Translations under genes and position numbers: made by a program
In this document: positions 25,518 through 34,706 of the stretch, one piece after another
Layout: every line of letters starts with the position of its first letter
How positions within the stretch are numbered: position 1 is the first letter of the stretch
Assembly (NCBI GenBank): GCA_017470485.1
Contig: JAFUYQ010000012.1
Location: 21,535-85,534, forward strand
Source of the DNA: Synergistaceae bacterium
GTDB taxonomy: Bacteria; Synergistota; Synergistia; Synergistales; Aminobacteriaceae
Length of the DNA: 64,000 nt
Reading direction: 5' to 3'
The notes under the pieces: generated by a model
Told to the model about the DNA's origin: nothing
What the model saw: the letters and a program-made list of their open reading frames with translations, nothing else
The model's database searches: none

Positions 25518-26819
25518 CTAAGACACTGTGTCAGGCTCGAAGTCAAATTCGACATCGCCTATATAAACTTTATCGCCCTCTCTGGCTCCTGCGGCCTCTA
25601 ATGCCTCCTCAACGCTCAGTGCTTTGAGAAGACCTGCGAATTTCTGCAATGCGTCCTCATGCTCAAAATTGATTCTGGCAACTGACTTCTCGAAATTAGC
25701 GTGTTCAACCCTGAATGACCCGTCCGACTGACGGATTATTTTTACGGGTTCGCGCGATGATTTTCCTGATGACTTCCTCATAGGAAGCTCGATAATTTCG
25801 GACGAAGAGTTAATTTCGGATTTAGCGGCCGGAGTTTTTCGCACCAAGTCGGCTATTGCCTTTATCAATTCAGGGATATTAGTTCCGAAGACGGCACTGA
25901 CGGCCATGTAAGGGAGCGATAAATTTTCAGCCTCCTGCCTGAGAAGCTGAGAGTTCGATTCAGTTCCGGCAATGTCGATTTTGTTGCCGATAATCATTGA
26001 CGGCCTCTTGTCGAGTCCCTGACCGTACTCGCGAAATTCATTCATCAATGCTCTGAACGTTCCTACGGGGTCGGGCTGTGAAAGGTCAATGACGTGGAGA
26101 ATTATTCTAGTCCTCTCGACATGCCTGAGGAACTGAAGTCCGAGTCCCTTTCCCTCGTGCGCCCCTTCAATGAGGCCGGGCAAGTCAGCGATTACGACTT
26201 GGGCATCGTCAACGGCAAGTACTCCGAGATTAGGGCTGAGAGTCGTGAAGGGGTAGCCTGCAACTTTTGGTCTTGCACCGCTTATGGCTGTAAGAATGCT
26301 GGATTTGCCTGCGTTCGGGAAACCTGCGAGTCCGACATCGGCAATGAGTTTGAGTTCGAGGGTTAGAGATTTTTCTTCGCCCGGATCTCCTTTTTCGGCG
26401 AACTTCGGAGCGCGCCTTGAAGATGTTGCGAAGTGCGAGTTACCTCTGCCGCCCTTGCCGCCGTGAGCAGCCGTGAATCTCTGACCGGTTTCGGTGAGGT
26501 CAGCGAGGATTTTGGGATTTCCGGCCTCGCGGATTAGAGTTCCGCACGGTACACGGATAATGAGGTCATCGCCGTTCGAGCCTGTCCGCATTGCGCCTGA
26601 GCCGTGTCCTGCGTGTCCTGCCTGAAAACGTCTGTCATACTCGAAATCAGCAAGGGTTACGATACCGCTGACCGCCTCAATTATGACATCGCCGCCCCTG
26701 CCTCCGTCGCCGCCGTCGGGGCCGCCTTTGGGGACGAATTTTTCGCGCCTGAAACTTAATGCGCCGTTGCCGCCTCTGCCTGCTTTAACGAAAATTTCTG
26801 CTGTGTCTGTGAATTTCAT
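25518..26819 (-). CDS. obg: GTPase Obg/CgtA
   Basis: MKFTDTAEIFVKAGRGGNGALSFRREKFVPKGGPDGGDGGRGGDV is the Obg fold. G-domain GFPNAGKSS, DLPGLIEGA, NKID, plus a C-terminal OCT-like domain. The ORF opens at 26861, but the conserved N-terminus begins at the Met at 26819. Confidence 0.95.
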   Translation of the reverse strand: MKFTDTAEIFVKAGRGGNGALSFRREKFVPKGGPDGGDGGRGGDVIIEAVSGIVTLADFEYDRRFQAGHAGHGSGAMRTGSNGDDLIIRVPCGTLIREAGNPKILADLTETGQRFTAAHGGKGGRGNSHFATSSRRAPKFAEKGDPGEEKSLTLELKLIADVGLAGFPNAGKSSILTAISGARPKVAGYPFTTLSPNLGVLAVDDAQVVIADLPGLIEGAHEGKGLGLQFLRHVERTRIILHVIDLSQPDPVGTFRALMNEFREYGQGLDKRPSMIIGNKIDIAGTESNSQLLRQEAENLSLPYMAVSAVFGTNIPELIKAIADLVRKTPAAKSEINSSSEIIELPMRKSSGKSSREPVKIIRQSDGSFRVEHANFEKSVARINFEHEDALQKFAGLLKALSVEEALEAAGAREGDKVYIGDVEFDFEPDTVS

Positions 26820-26872
26820 TTGACGATAAAAAAATTGCCCCATTTTACAGGGGCTTTTCATGAATGAATGTC

Positions 26873-27133
26873 TTACTCTGACTTTGAAGGCTCGACCGAA
26901 ACGAATTTACGTCCGAGCTTTTTGTGATAATTGACTTTTCCGGGAACGAGCGCAAAAAGCGTGAAGTCTCTTCCGAGTCCGACATGTTTTCCCGGGTGAA
27001 CCTGAGTTCCGCACTGCCTCACTAAGATACTTCCGGCAGTAACGTCCTGACCTGCGTAAACTTTTATGCCTCTGTACTTGGGCTGACTGTCGCGCCCGTT
27101 AGTTGAACTTCCTTGACCTTTCTTGTGTGCCAT
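26873..27133 (-). CDS. rpmA: 50S ribosomal protein L27
   Basis: [29 protein letters not shown]... is the canonical L27. Confidence 0.95.
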   Translation of the reverse strand: MAHKKGQGSSTNGRDSQPKYRGIKVYAGQDVTAGSILVRQCGTQVHPGKHVGLGRDFTLFALVPGKVNYHKKLGRKFVSVEPSKSE

Positions 27134-27150
27134 GAGTGAATATGCCTCCT

Positions 27151-27465
27151 CTATGCTTCAATGCTTCTGATGACGACTTCGGTGAAGTACTGCCTATGTC
27201 CGCGCATTTTGCGGATATTCTTTTTGCTCTTGTACTTGAAGACGAGAACTTTATCGGCTCTGCCCTGCTTAACGATTTCGGCGGTAACTCTTGCGCCGGA
27301 AATGTAAGGGTTTCCGAATTTTGTTTCAGTACCTTCGCCGCCTAGTGCTAATACTTTGTCGAATACGATTTCAGTGCTTGTTTCGCCGGAGAGTTTTTCG
27401 ATTCTGAATTTGTCTCCTGAATTTACGCGGTATTGTTTACCGCCTGTCTCGATTACTGCATACAT
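27151..27465 (-). CDS. rplU: 50S ribosomal protein L21
   Basis: [14 protein letters not shown]... is the canonical L21 start at the Met at 27465, preceded by AAGGAGG. The upstream extension to 27597 is an ORF-track artefact. Confidence 0.95.
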   Translation of the reverse strand: MYAVIETGGKQYRVNSGDKFRIEKLSGETSTEIVFDKVLALGGEGTETKFGNPYISGARVTAEIVKQGRADKVLVFKYKSKKNIRKMRGHRQYFTEVVIRSIEA

Positions 27466-27552
27466 GGTGTGAATAATTTTCCTCCTTACGCTGACGACAG
27501 GCCGTGTGTTCACGTTATGAGCCTTCATCATGCGAGAATAACAACGCGAATG

Positions 27553-27561
27553 ATTATAGCA
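27553..27561 (-). promoter_or_regulatory. Extended -10 promoter candidate for rplU-rpmA-obg
   Basis: The minus strand reads TGCTATAAT (TGnTATAAT) about 85 nt upstream of the rplU ATG, just after the HMA-gene terminator hairpin (aacgggttgtg...cacagcccgtt). Confidence 0.35.
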
Positions 27562-27625
27562 TAATGAAAACGGGCTGTGCCTCATTTTCAGAAACACAAC
27601 CCGTTAAACTTTCAGATTAAATTTC

Positions 27626-27841
27626 TTACGCCGCTTCTATCTTGCTGACCTCATACCCTGCGTCCTCAACCGCTGAGACTATGGCGGTATCGGCAACGTC
27701 CTGTGTCAGTGAAATTTCAGCAGTGTTCGTGTCAAGGCTCACTTCCGCCGAAGCTACCCCGTCAAGTGCCTCAAGTGCTTCCTTAACGTGCTTCACGCAG
27801 TTCATACAGCCCATTCCCTCAACGTGAACAACTTTTTTCAT
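27626..27841 (-). CDS. Heavy-metal-associated (HMA) domain protein, CopZ-like
   Basis: 71 aa, GMGCMNCVKHVKEAL (GMxCxxC) ferredoxin-like metallochaperone pattern. Confidence 0.85.
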   Translation of the reverse strand: MKKVVHVEGMGCMNCVKHVKEALEALDGVASAEVSLDTNTAEISLTQDVADTAIVSAVEDAGYEVSKIEAA

Positions 27842-27844
27842 TGG

Positions 27845-29362
27845 TTATGCCTTTCTTGACTCAGGCGCGTACACTCTCAGCCAGTAAATCGCGAAGAACA
27901 AAACCGCTACAGCGATTCCGATTCCGTAAGCAAGCGTTCTGTCGAGCATTAAGTAGCACTCAGGGGCAATGCAGAAGTAAGTTACGCTGACCGCCGACAT
28001 GAACGTTGCAGGAATTGCCGCTACAAATCCCTTGCCTGCGCCGACGTTCCTGCAAAGGTACACAGCTCCTGCCCACAAAGCTATCATTGCGAGCGTCTGG
28101 TTCGACCATGAGAAGTAACGCCATACGATTCCGTAGTCAAGGAACGAAATTGCATAGCCTGCCGCAAGCAACGGGAGCGCGAGAACAAGTCTCGGAGCGA
28201 ATCCCTTCTGGTCAATCTTGAACCAGTCGGCAAGAGTTAATCTTGCGCTTCTGAAAGCTGTGTCGCCTGAAGTAATCGGGCAGGCCACGACTCCAAGCAG
28301 TGCCAGAATGCTTCCCACAGGCCCGAGAAGTCCGACTGAAATCTGGTAAACGCTCGTTGAGTTACCGCCTCCGACCGCTAAGAGGCCAGCTGTTGAGAAA
28401 CCGCCGTCAGTCGCGTTGTAGAACGCTATACCTGCTGATGCCCAGATGAGCGCGATAATTCCCTCAGCGACCATAGCTCCGTAGAACACGAATCTTCCCT
28501 GACGCTCTGACGTTAAGCATCTCGCCATCATGGGCGACTGTGTTGCATGGAATCCCGAAATCGCTCCGCAAGCTACCGTGATGAACATCAACGGCCAGAT
28601 AGGCATTGAGTCAGCCTTAGGGTGCATGTTGTAGAGACCTTCCCAAAGCTCAATCATCGGTTTCGTTCCCTGAATGTGATTGTAGACCGTAACTCCGCCG
28701 ATTCCGATTGCCATGAAGATTAAGCAGAGGCCGAATACAGGATAGATTTTGCCGATTACCTTGTCGATCGGGAGGAGGGTAGCGAGGAAGTAATAGACAA
28801 GTATAACGACCGTGAGAATCTTAGTCCATTCGGCAGCGGTGTAGCCCATTGCCATTGCGGGCGCACCGCCGGCAGCACCTACAGCACCGCTTGTTCCTTG
28901 AGTAACCATGAGGGCAAGAAGTCCGGCAGGGCCTACCATGAAGACGACTCCGACCATAACGAGAAGTACGACCGAGAACAGTCTCATTACCTGAAGCATG
29001 AAGCCTCCGAGATATTTTCCGGTAATCTCTGAGACGCTTGCGCCGTCATTCCTCATTGAGAGCATTCCGACCATATAGTCATGGACAGCACCGGCAAAAA
29101 TCGTTCCGAAGACTATCCATAAATAGACCTGAGGCCCCCAGATTGCGCCGGTCAAAGCACCGAATATAGGCCCTAAACCTGCAATGTTGAGGAGCTGAAT
29201 CAGGAACGCTCTGCCTGCCGAAATAGGTACGAAGTCTACCCCGTCAGGGTGAGCAACGCAAGGTGTCTGCCTGTCGTCAGGCCCGAATATTTTGTTGACG
29301 ACAGCTCCGTAAATCATATAGCCCAGTATTAAAATCACAAGACCGCCGAGAAATGAATACAT
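27845..29362 (-). CDS. cstA: Carbon starvation protein A family transporter
   Basis: 505 aa polytopic protein. LLNIAGLGPIFGALTGAIWGP and ISGFHATQSPMMARC are CstA motifs. Confidence 0.9.
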   Translation of the reverse strand: MYSFLGGLVILILGYMIYGAVVNKIFGPDDRQTPCVAHPDGVDFVPISAGRAFLIQLLNIAGLGPIFGALTGAIWGPQVYLWIVFGTIFAGAVHDYMVGMLSMRNDGASVSEITGKYLGGFMLQVMRLFSVVLLVMVGVVFMVGPAGLLALMVTQGTSGAVGAAGGAPAMAMGYTAAEWTKILTVVILVYYFLATLLPIDKVIGKIYPVFGLCLIFMAIGIGGVTVYNHIQGTKPMIELWEGLYNMHPKADSMPIWPLMFITVACGAISGFHATQSPMMARCLTSERQGRFVFYGAMVAEGIIALIWASAGIAFYNATDGGFSTAGLLAVGGGNSTSVYQISVGLLGPVGSILALLGVVACPITSGDTAFRSARLTLADWFKIDQKGFAPRLVLALPLLAAGYAISFLDYGIVWRYFSWSNQTLAMIALWAGAVYLCRNVGAGKGFVAAIPATFMSAVSVTYFCIAPECYLMLDRTLAYGIGIAVAVLFFAIYWLRVYAPESRKA

Positions 29363-29464
29363 GAAAGATTTTCTCCCTTCTTAATAGTGTGGTAGTATTA
29401 TGACAATGAAATTTTAGTCCATTCGCGAATATAATCAAGCATTCACAAAAGGAGGTTTTTAATT

Positions 29465-30169
29465 ATGTCTGTGCGTCCTGAAAAAACGTTAGGTGTACTC
29501 GGAGGAATGGGGCCTGCCGCCTGTGCTGAATTTCTCCGCATACTGGCAAGGGACTGCCCTGCCGAAAACGATTCTCAGCACCCAAAAATCATAATGCTTT
29601 CAGACCCCGAAACTCCTGACAGAAGCGACGGCCTCATGGGTATAGGGCCTGACCCTCTGCCCGTAATCCGAAGGAATCTTCTTCAGCTCGTTCAATGGGG
29701 TGCGGACGTTCTGGCTGTCCCGTGCAACACGGCTCATTATTTCATCGACAGGTTCAGAGATGAACTTCCTGTACCGCTGGTGCATATTGTTGAGGCGACT
29801 GTGGCGGCCGCTAAAGAATTGAGCAAGGGGAACTGTTCATGGCTTCTCGCTACTGACGGGACTCAGAAAAGCATGATTTACCCTGAGTGCGCTCAGAGAA
29901 TGCAGTATCATTTCCTCAAGCCCTCGAAGGAACAGCAGGATAAAATCCAGTCGTGCATACGTTACGTCAAGGCAGGGGACATGAAGACTTCGGGAGAGAT
30001 TATGCGCGGAGTAGTGAGCGAGTTATGGCATGAGCGCGATGTCCCCGTAACGATGGGCTGTACTGAGCTTCCGTTAGCGTATGAGGCTTCGGGGCTTCCT
30101 GAGGATCGTCAGGTGTCGAGTCTGAGGGCGTTGAGTGATGAGTGTATAAGGGTGCTTTACGGCGAGTAA
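29465..30169 (+). CDS. Aspartate/glutamate racemase family protein
   Basis: LGVLGGMGPAA, VPCNTAHYF and MGCTELPL carry the two catalytic Cys motifs of Asp/Glu racemases. Confidence 0.8.
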   Translation: MSVRPEKTLGVLGGMGPAACAEFLRILARDCPAENDSQHPKIIMLSDPETPDRSDGLMGIGPDPLPVIRRNLLQLVQWGADVLAVPCNTAHYFIDRFRDELPVPLVHIVEATVAAAKELSKGNCSWLLATDGTQKSMIYPECAQRMQYHFLKPSKEQQDKIQSCIRYVKAGDMKTSGEIMRGVVSELWHERDVPVTMGCTELPLAYEASGLPEDRQVSSLRALSDECIRVLYGE

Positions 30170-30216
30170 TGCTATAATCAGCCTTAAAAATTCACACGAA
30201 GGGATTTGAGTTAAAC

Positions 30217-31386
30217 ATGCCTTACGAAGACGATGAAGTAGAAATAGACCTGATTGAATTATTCGGCCTTATGTGGCGCAGAAAAGGAATAATAATTTTG
30301 CTGATGGTTCTTTTCGGCGGAGCGGCTACTATTTATGCGTTTACGACACCGTTCATTTACAGGGCTGAATGCAGGATAGTTTCAAATGCAGGCGGCAGCA
30401 GTGCGGCAGGAGGATTAATGGCTCAGCTGGGAGGCTTGGCAAGTTTCGCCGGTCTTCCGACCAAAGCAACACCCGGCCAGATGATGCTTGGGATTCTCAA
30501 GGTTGACAGTGTTGTTGACGCTATTATCGACAAATTCAACCTTATGGAGGAACTACAGCAGGAAATACGCCTCAACGCAAGAGCTGCTGTAATTGGAACA
30601 CTTGAGGCAAATGAGGACTCACAAAGCGGTATCATCAGTGTCGCCTACATTCACAAAGACCCTCAGAAAGCGGCTGACATTGCAAATGCTTTTGTTGAGC
30701 AGTTACAGATAAAGCTCCGCGAAATGGCCATAAGTGATGCTCAGGAAAAGCGTGCGTTCTTTGAGAATCAGTTCCTTATGGCCCAGCAGGAACTCAGCGA
30801 TGCCGAAAACGCAATGATGAGATACCAGCAGAACAGCGGTGTATTGGCGTTAGGTTCTCAGACAGCCTCGCTTCTCAGCTCAATAGCAAGCCTCCGAAAT
30901 CAGATTGCCGCAAAGAACGTTGAAATTTCCTCGCTTGCAAGCTATGCCAGAGAAGATAACCCCCGTTTGAAGCTCGCAAGATCCCAGCTTGAGGCAATGA
31001 ACAAGGAACTCAGAAACCTTGAGGAGGAGCAGAAACGCACCGAAAGAATACAGAGAAAACCTTTATCAAGCGATCTTCTCTCGTCTCTCGGAAACGTCCC
31101 CGAAATCAACGTCGAATACATGCGCTACGAAAGAGCGATACGGTTCGCAAACGTCAAGTATGAAACTATGCTGAGGCAGTATGAGAACGCTAAACTCTCT
31201 GAGGCCAGCGACCTTTCAACGCTCCAGATTATTGACCCTGCCACGCCTCCCGATTACAAGTACAAGCCTAAACGCGCTCAAATTATGATGATTGGTACTT
31301 TTATCGGCTTCTTCTTGGGAGCAGCATGGATATTCATTCAGTACATGCGCTCAATGAGAGAAGAAAAGGAGCTTTACGGAAACTGA
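30217..31386 (+). CDS. Wzz/GumC-like polysaccharide chain-length determinant protein
   Basis: EIDLIELFGLMWRRKGIIILLMVLFGG N-terminal Wzz motif plus TM, a long coiled-coil periplasmic region and a C-terminal TM. Confidence 0.7.
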   Translation: MPYEDDEVEIDLIELFGLMWRRKGIIILLMVLFGGAATIYAFTTPFIYRAECRIVSNAGGSSAAGGLMAQLGGLASFAGLPTKATPGQMMLGILKVDSVVDAIIDKFNLMEELQQEIRLNARAAVIGTLEANEDSQSGIISVAYIHKDPQKAADIANAFVEQLQIKLREMAISDAQEKRAFFENQFLMAQQELSDAENAMMRYQQNSGVLALGSQTASLLSSIASLRNQIAAKNVEISSLASYAREDNPRLKLARSQLEAMNKELRNLEEEQKRTERIQRKPLSSDLLSSLGNVPEINVEYMRYERAIRFANVKYETMLRQYENAKLSEASDLSTLQIIDPATPPDYKYKPKRAQIMMIGTFIGFFLGAAWIFIQYMRSMREEKELYGN

Positions 31387-31402
31387 CAGCAAAAAAAAAT
31401 TA

Positions 31403-31437
31403 CCCTCCGTCAAAATTCATAAGGCGGAGGGTTTTTC
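31403..31437. terminator. Bidirectional rho-independent terminator
   Basis: A-run, stem ccctccg / cggaggg, T-run ttttt. It lies between the convergent wzz-like and comM genes. Confidence 0.6.
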
Positions 31438-32946
31438 TTATCGTCTGTTATAGACCTGCCGGTAAATTATCGCTTCGGCAATATGCTTCCGCTGAATGTC
31501 TTCCTCTCCGGCCAAGTCTGCAATAGTCCTCGCAACTTTCAGCACCCTAGTTAATCCGCGTCCGGAAAAATTCATTTTCATGGCCATCTTCGCAAGGTAA
31601 TCGCGCGTTTCATCATCAAGCGTCAAATACCTTTTCACCAAACTTTCGGGTATCTCGGCATTGCAGGTGTAACCGTGTTCCTTCCATCTCTGAATCTGAA
31701 TGTTCCTCGCGGATATTACACGTTTGCGGATTGATTCGCTTTTTTCTGGGGGAGTGCCTTTCCCGTCAATCGAAAGTAATTCTTCAGGGGTTAATCTCGG
31801 TACTGCCAGCTGCAAGTCTATTCTGTCCATTATCGGCCCTGAGAGTTTGCGCCGGTAACGCTCGATTTCAGCCGGAGAACACTTGCACGGTATGACTGGA
31901 TCTCCGGCGTAACCGCAGGCGCACGGATTAGCCGCAAGCACTAAAAGAACACGCGAAGGGTATTTCACTGACCCTGCGGCACGGCTTACAGTGATTTCGC
32001 CGTCCTCTATGGGAGCGCGGAGGCTCTCCGTTAAATCCCTCTTGAACTCTGTGTACTCGTCAAGAAAAAGAACTCCCCTGTGAGCCAATGACACCTCGCC
32101 CGGCCTTAAATCAGCTCCTCCTCCGCAGACCGATACCGTACTGGCCGTAAAATGAACAACTCTGAACGGTCTTTCACGGCTTGCCTTAATCTCCATTCCC
32201 AAAGTGCTTCGCACTAAAAGCGTCTCGACAAGTTCATCGTCAGTCAACGGAGGCAGTATTCCGGCCATAGCCCTTGCGATTAGAGTTTTACCGCTTCCCG
32301 GCGAACCAACCATCAGCAAATTGTGATGACCGGCCGCAGAAATTTCAGCGGCTCTCTTAGCCTGTAACTGGCCTTTGATGTCAGCGAAGTCAGGTTCAGG
32401 GGCAGCGGTTATATCCGGAATGTATGCAGGCGGTAAAGGTCTGGGCTTTTCCTCGCCCTTGAGCATCATTACGAGTTCGCCGAGATTATCAGCGCAGTAA
32501 CCCTCAACTCCCTGAACCAGCGAAACTTCTGAAGCGTTCTCGGACGGAATAAAAAGAGGAATCTTCATCTTCCTCGCCAGAAACGCCGCCGGTACTGCCC
32601 CTCTGACCCTCCGTAAACGCCCGTCAAGCGCAAGTTCGCCCATGTACAGCGCACGCGGACATCTCTTCAACGCTCCGGCCGCCCTCATGAGTTCGAGTGC
32701 TATTGGCAAGTCTAAGAGTGCGCCCTCTTTCGGAATATCAGCAGGTGCAAGGTTGACCGAGACTCTTCCTTTGAGGTTAAGGCCGACCGAACGGAGCGCG
32801 GAACGTACACGTTCTCTTGATTCGCGGACGGCAACATCAGGCATACCGACTATTGAAACCGAAAAAAGCCCTCCCGTTATAGCTGCTTCAACTTCTACGG
32901 GAAGGGCCTCCATTCCTCTTAGCGTTACGCCGGGTATACCGCTCAT
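31438..32946 (-). CDS. comM: Mg-chelatase-like AAA+ protein YifB/ComM
   Basis: 502 aa with a Lon-like N-domain, Walker [18 protein letters not shown], and a C-terminal ChlI-type domain. Confidence 0.9.
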   Translation of the reverse strand: MSGIPGVTLRGMEALPVEVEAAITGGLFSVSIVGMPDVAVRESRERVRSALRSVGLNLKGRVSVNLAPADIPKEGALLDLPIALELMRAAGALKRCPRALYMGELALDGRLRRVRGAVPAAFLARKMKIPLFIPSENASEVSLVQGVEGYCADNLGELVMMLKGEEKPRPLPPAYIPDITAAPEPDFADIKGQLQAKRAAEISAAGHHNLLMVGSPGSGKTLIARAMAGILPPLTDDELVETLLVRSTLGMEIKASRERPFRVVHFTASTVSVCGGGADLRPGEVSLAHRGVLFLDEYTEFKRDLTESLRAPIEDGEITVSRAAGSVKYPSRVLLVLAANPCACGYAGDPVIPCKCSPAEIERYRRKLSGPIMDRIDLQLAVPRLTPEELLSIDGKGTPPEKSESIRKRVISARNIQIQRWKEHGYTCNAEIPESLVKRYLTLDDETRDYLAKMAMKMNFSGRGLTRVLKVARTIADLAGEEDIQRKHIAEAIIYRQVYNRR

Positions 32947-33554
32947 GATTTTTTACGCCGCCTGATTATCATTACATAAGCTCCTGCGATTATCACAGCC
33001 AGAGCAATGCACCCGATTGTTATGACGTGAAGATACTCTTTGAGAAGTTCCTGATGTTCGCCGAGAAGATACCCTGCAAACGTAAGCACTACTACCCATG
33101 TACCTGCCCCGATTGTCGTGAAAAGCATAAACGTTTTCATGGGCATTCTTGCGATACCGGCAGGCAGTGAAATGTATTGGCGTATTACGGGAAGAAGTCT
33201 TCCGATTAGTGTGCTTACATGGCCGTGCTTCGAGAAAAATTCATCGGCCTTGTTAATAGATTCTGGGGAGACGAAGAAATATTTTCCGTACTTCAGAAGG
33301 AACGGTCTGCCGAGCTTCACGGCTATCCAGTAATTGAACAGCGCACCCAGAAGGCTTCCGGCTATGCCTGAAAAGAGTACGAGAGGAAGCGACATTTCCC
33401 CCTTCCATGCGAGATAACCGGCCGGGGGCATGACGACTTCACTTGGAAAAGGAAAAAACGAAGATTCTAAAAACATAAGCGAAATGATACCGGTGTAGCC
33501 CATTCGGCCTATAGTTTCAACGAGCCATTGAGTGAGTGCGCTGATGATACCCAT
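32943..33554 (-). CDS. DedA family membrane protein
   Basis: [20 protein letters not shown]...[13 protein letters not shown]...[16 protein letters not shown] are DedA signatures. Confidence 0.85.
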   Translation of the reverse strand: MGIISALTQWLVETIGRMGYTGIISLMFLESSFFPFPSEVVMPPAGYLAWKGEMSLPLVLFSGIAGSLLGALFNYWIAVKLGRPFLLKYGKYFFVSPESINKADEFFSKHGHVSTLIGRLLPVIRQYISLPAGIARMPMKTFMLFTTIGAGTWVVVLTFAGYLLGEHQELLKEYLHVITIGCIALAVIIAGAYVMIIRRRKKS

Positions 33555-34576
33555 TACAGACCTAACTCCTCTTTGACGGTCGGATCATAGGCGATGTTAC
33601 CGCCCATCTCCTCAAGTTTTTTCTGAGAATGAACCGCCGATATGAATCTTATTGTCCCCGAACTGCTCCTCATGCAGAGCGAATTAGTTTCGATATGCGC
33701 CCCGTGATAATGAACTCCCCTGAGCAAATCGCCGTCCGAACCTCCTGCCGCCGCGAAGAATACATTATCGCTCTTAACAAGGTCGTCAATCGTCAAAATG
33801 CTGTCCCGTGTCAAGCCGCGTTCTCTCGCTCTGGCCTCGTCCTCCTCATTCCTGAAGTAGGGCTGGCACTGCATGTTAGCGTCAAGGCACTTCATAGCGC
33901 AGGCAGTTATTACGGCTTCGGGCGAGCCTCCGATTCCGAGAAGCAAATCCGCCGATTCATGACCTGGCAAACTCGTCATCAATGCTCCGGCGACATCACC
34001 GTCCCCGATGAGCCTTATTCTTGCGCCCATTGCCCTTACTCTCTGAAGTATCTCGTTATTTCTGGGGCGGTCGAGCATTACGACTGTAGTTTCCTCAATT
34101 TTTTTGCCTTTGGCTTTAGCGACTATCCTGACGTTGAACTCGACAGGGGCTTGAATATCTATGTAACCTGCCGCCTCATGGCCGGTAACAATCTTGTTGA
34201 GGTAGAAAAGATTATCAGGGCTGAACATTGAGCCTCTAGGGGCAGCAGCTATAACGCTTATAGCACCGTCCTGACCCTGAGCCATCAGGCGAGTACCGTC
34301 TATGGGGTCTACGGCTATGTCAACTTCGGGGCCTTCGCCGGTTCCGACTTCCTCGCCGTTGAAAAGCATAGGGGCTTCATCTTTTTCGCCCTCGCCGATA
34401 ACTACAACGCCTTTCATATCAACGCCGTGAAGCACGTATCTCATTGCCTCGACAGCGGCTCGGTCAACCTCGTTTTTGTTGCCGAGTCCGAACCATCGGC
34501 CTGAGGCCATGACAGCGGCTTCAGCAGACCTCACGAGTTCCATTGCGAGGTTCTTATCCTGCGCGAATAATGCCAT
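33554..34576 (-). CDS. glpX: Fructose-1,6-bisphosphatase class II
   Basis: [14 protein letters not shown]..., VDPIDGT and GIGGSPEAV are GlpX motifs. Confidence 0.9.
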   Translation of the reverse strand: MALFAQDKNLAMELVRSAEAAVMASGRWFGLGNKNEVDRAAVEAMRYVLHGVDMKGVVVIGEGEKDEAPMLFNGEEVGTGEGPEVDIAVDPIDGTRLMAQGQDGAISVIAAAPRGSMFSPDNLFYLNKIVTGHEAAGYIDIQAPVEFNVRIVAKAKGKKIEETTVVMLDRPRNNEILQRVRAMGARIRLIGDGDVAGALMTSLPGHESADLLLGIGGSPEAVITACAMKCLDANMQCQPYFRNEEDEARARERGLTRDSILTIDDLVKSDNVFFAAAGGSDGDLLRGVHYHGAHIETNSLCMRSSSGTIRFISAVHSQKKLEEMGGNIAYDPTVKEELGL

Positions 34577-34706
34577 GATTATTTTTCCTCCCCTGAAAAT
34601 TTATGCTAATTCTTTCTGAATGATTATTAAATGAAATTATATCGTACAAGTACAAAAAAACCCTCTGATGTTTTGACACCGGAGGGTAGAAATTTTGCTG
34701 ATTGTT

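Noticed and set aside
26820-26861. N-terminal extension of Obg, and likewise of L21 (27466-27597), L33 (40497-40562) and the 44009 ORF start
   Set aside because: The conserved protein N-termini begin at internal Met codons with good RBSs. The extensions run through promoter or terminator sequence.
27466-27552. Possible L21 leader RNA upstream of rplU
   Set aside because: An ~85-nt 5' UTR exists, but I cannot verify the conserved L21-leader structure by eye, so I only report the promoter candidate.
27626-29362. cstA followed 3 nt later by an HMA/CopZ-like gene as a possible novel pairing
   Set aside because: It may simply be operon packing. There is no sequence-level evidence of functional coupling.
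33629-34231. 200-aa plus-strand ORF
   Set aside because: It is fully antisense to the well-supported glpX gene and has no recognisable motifs.
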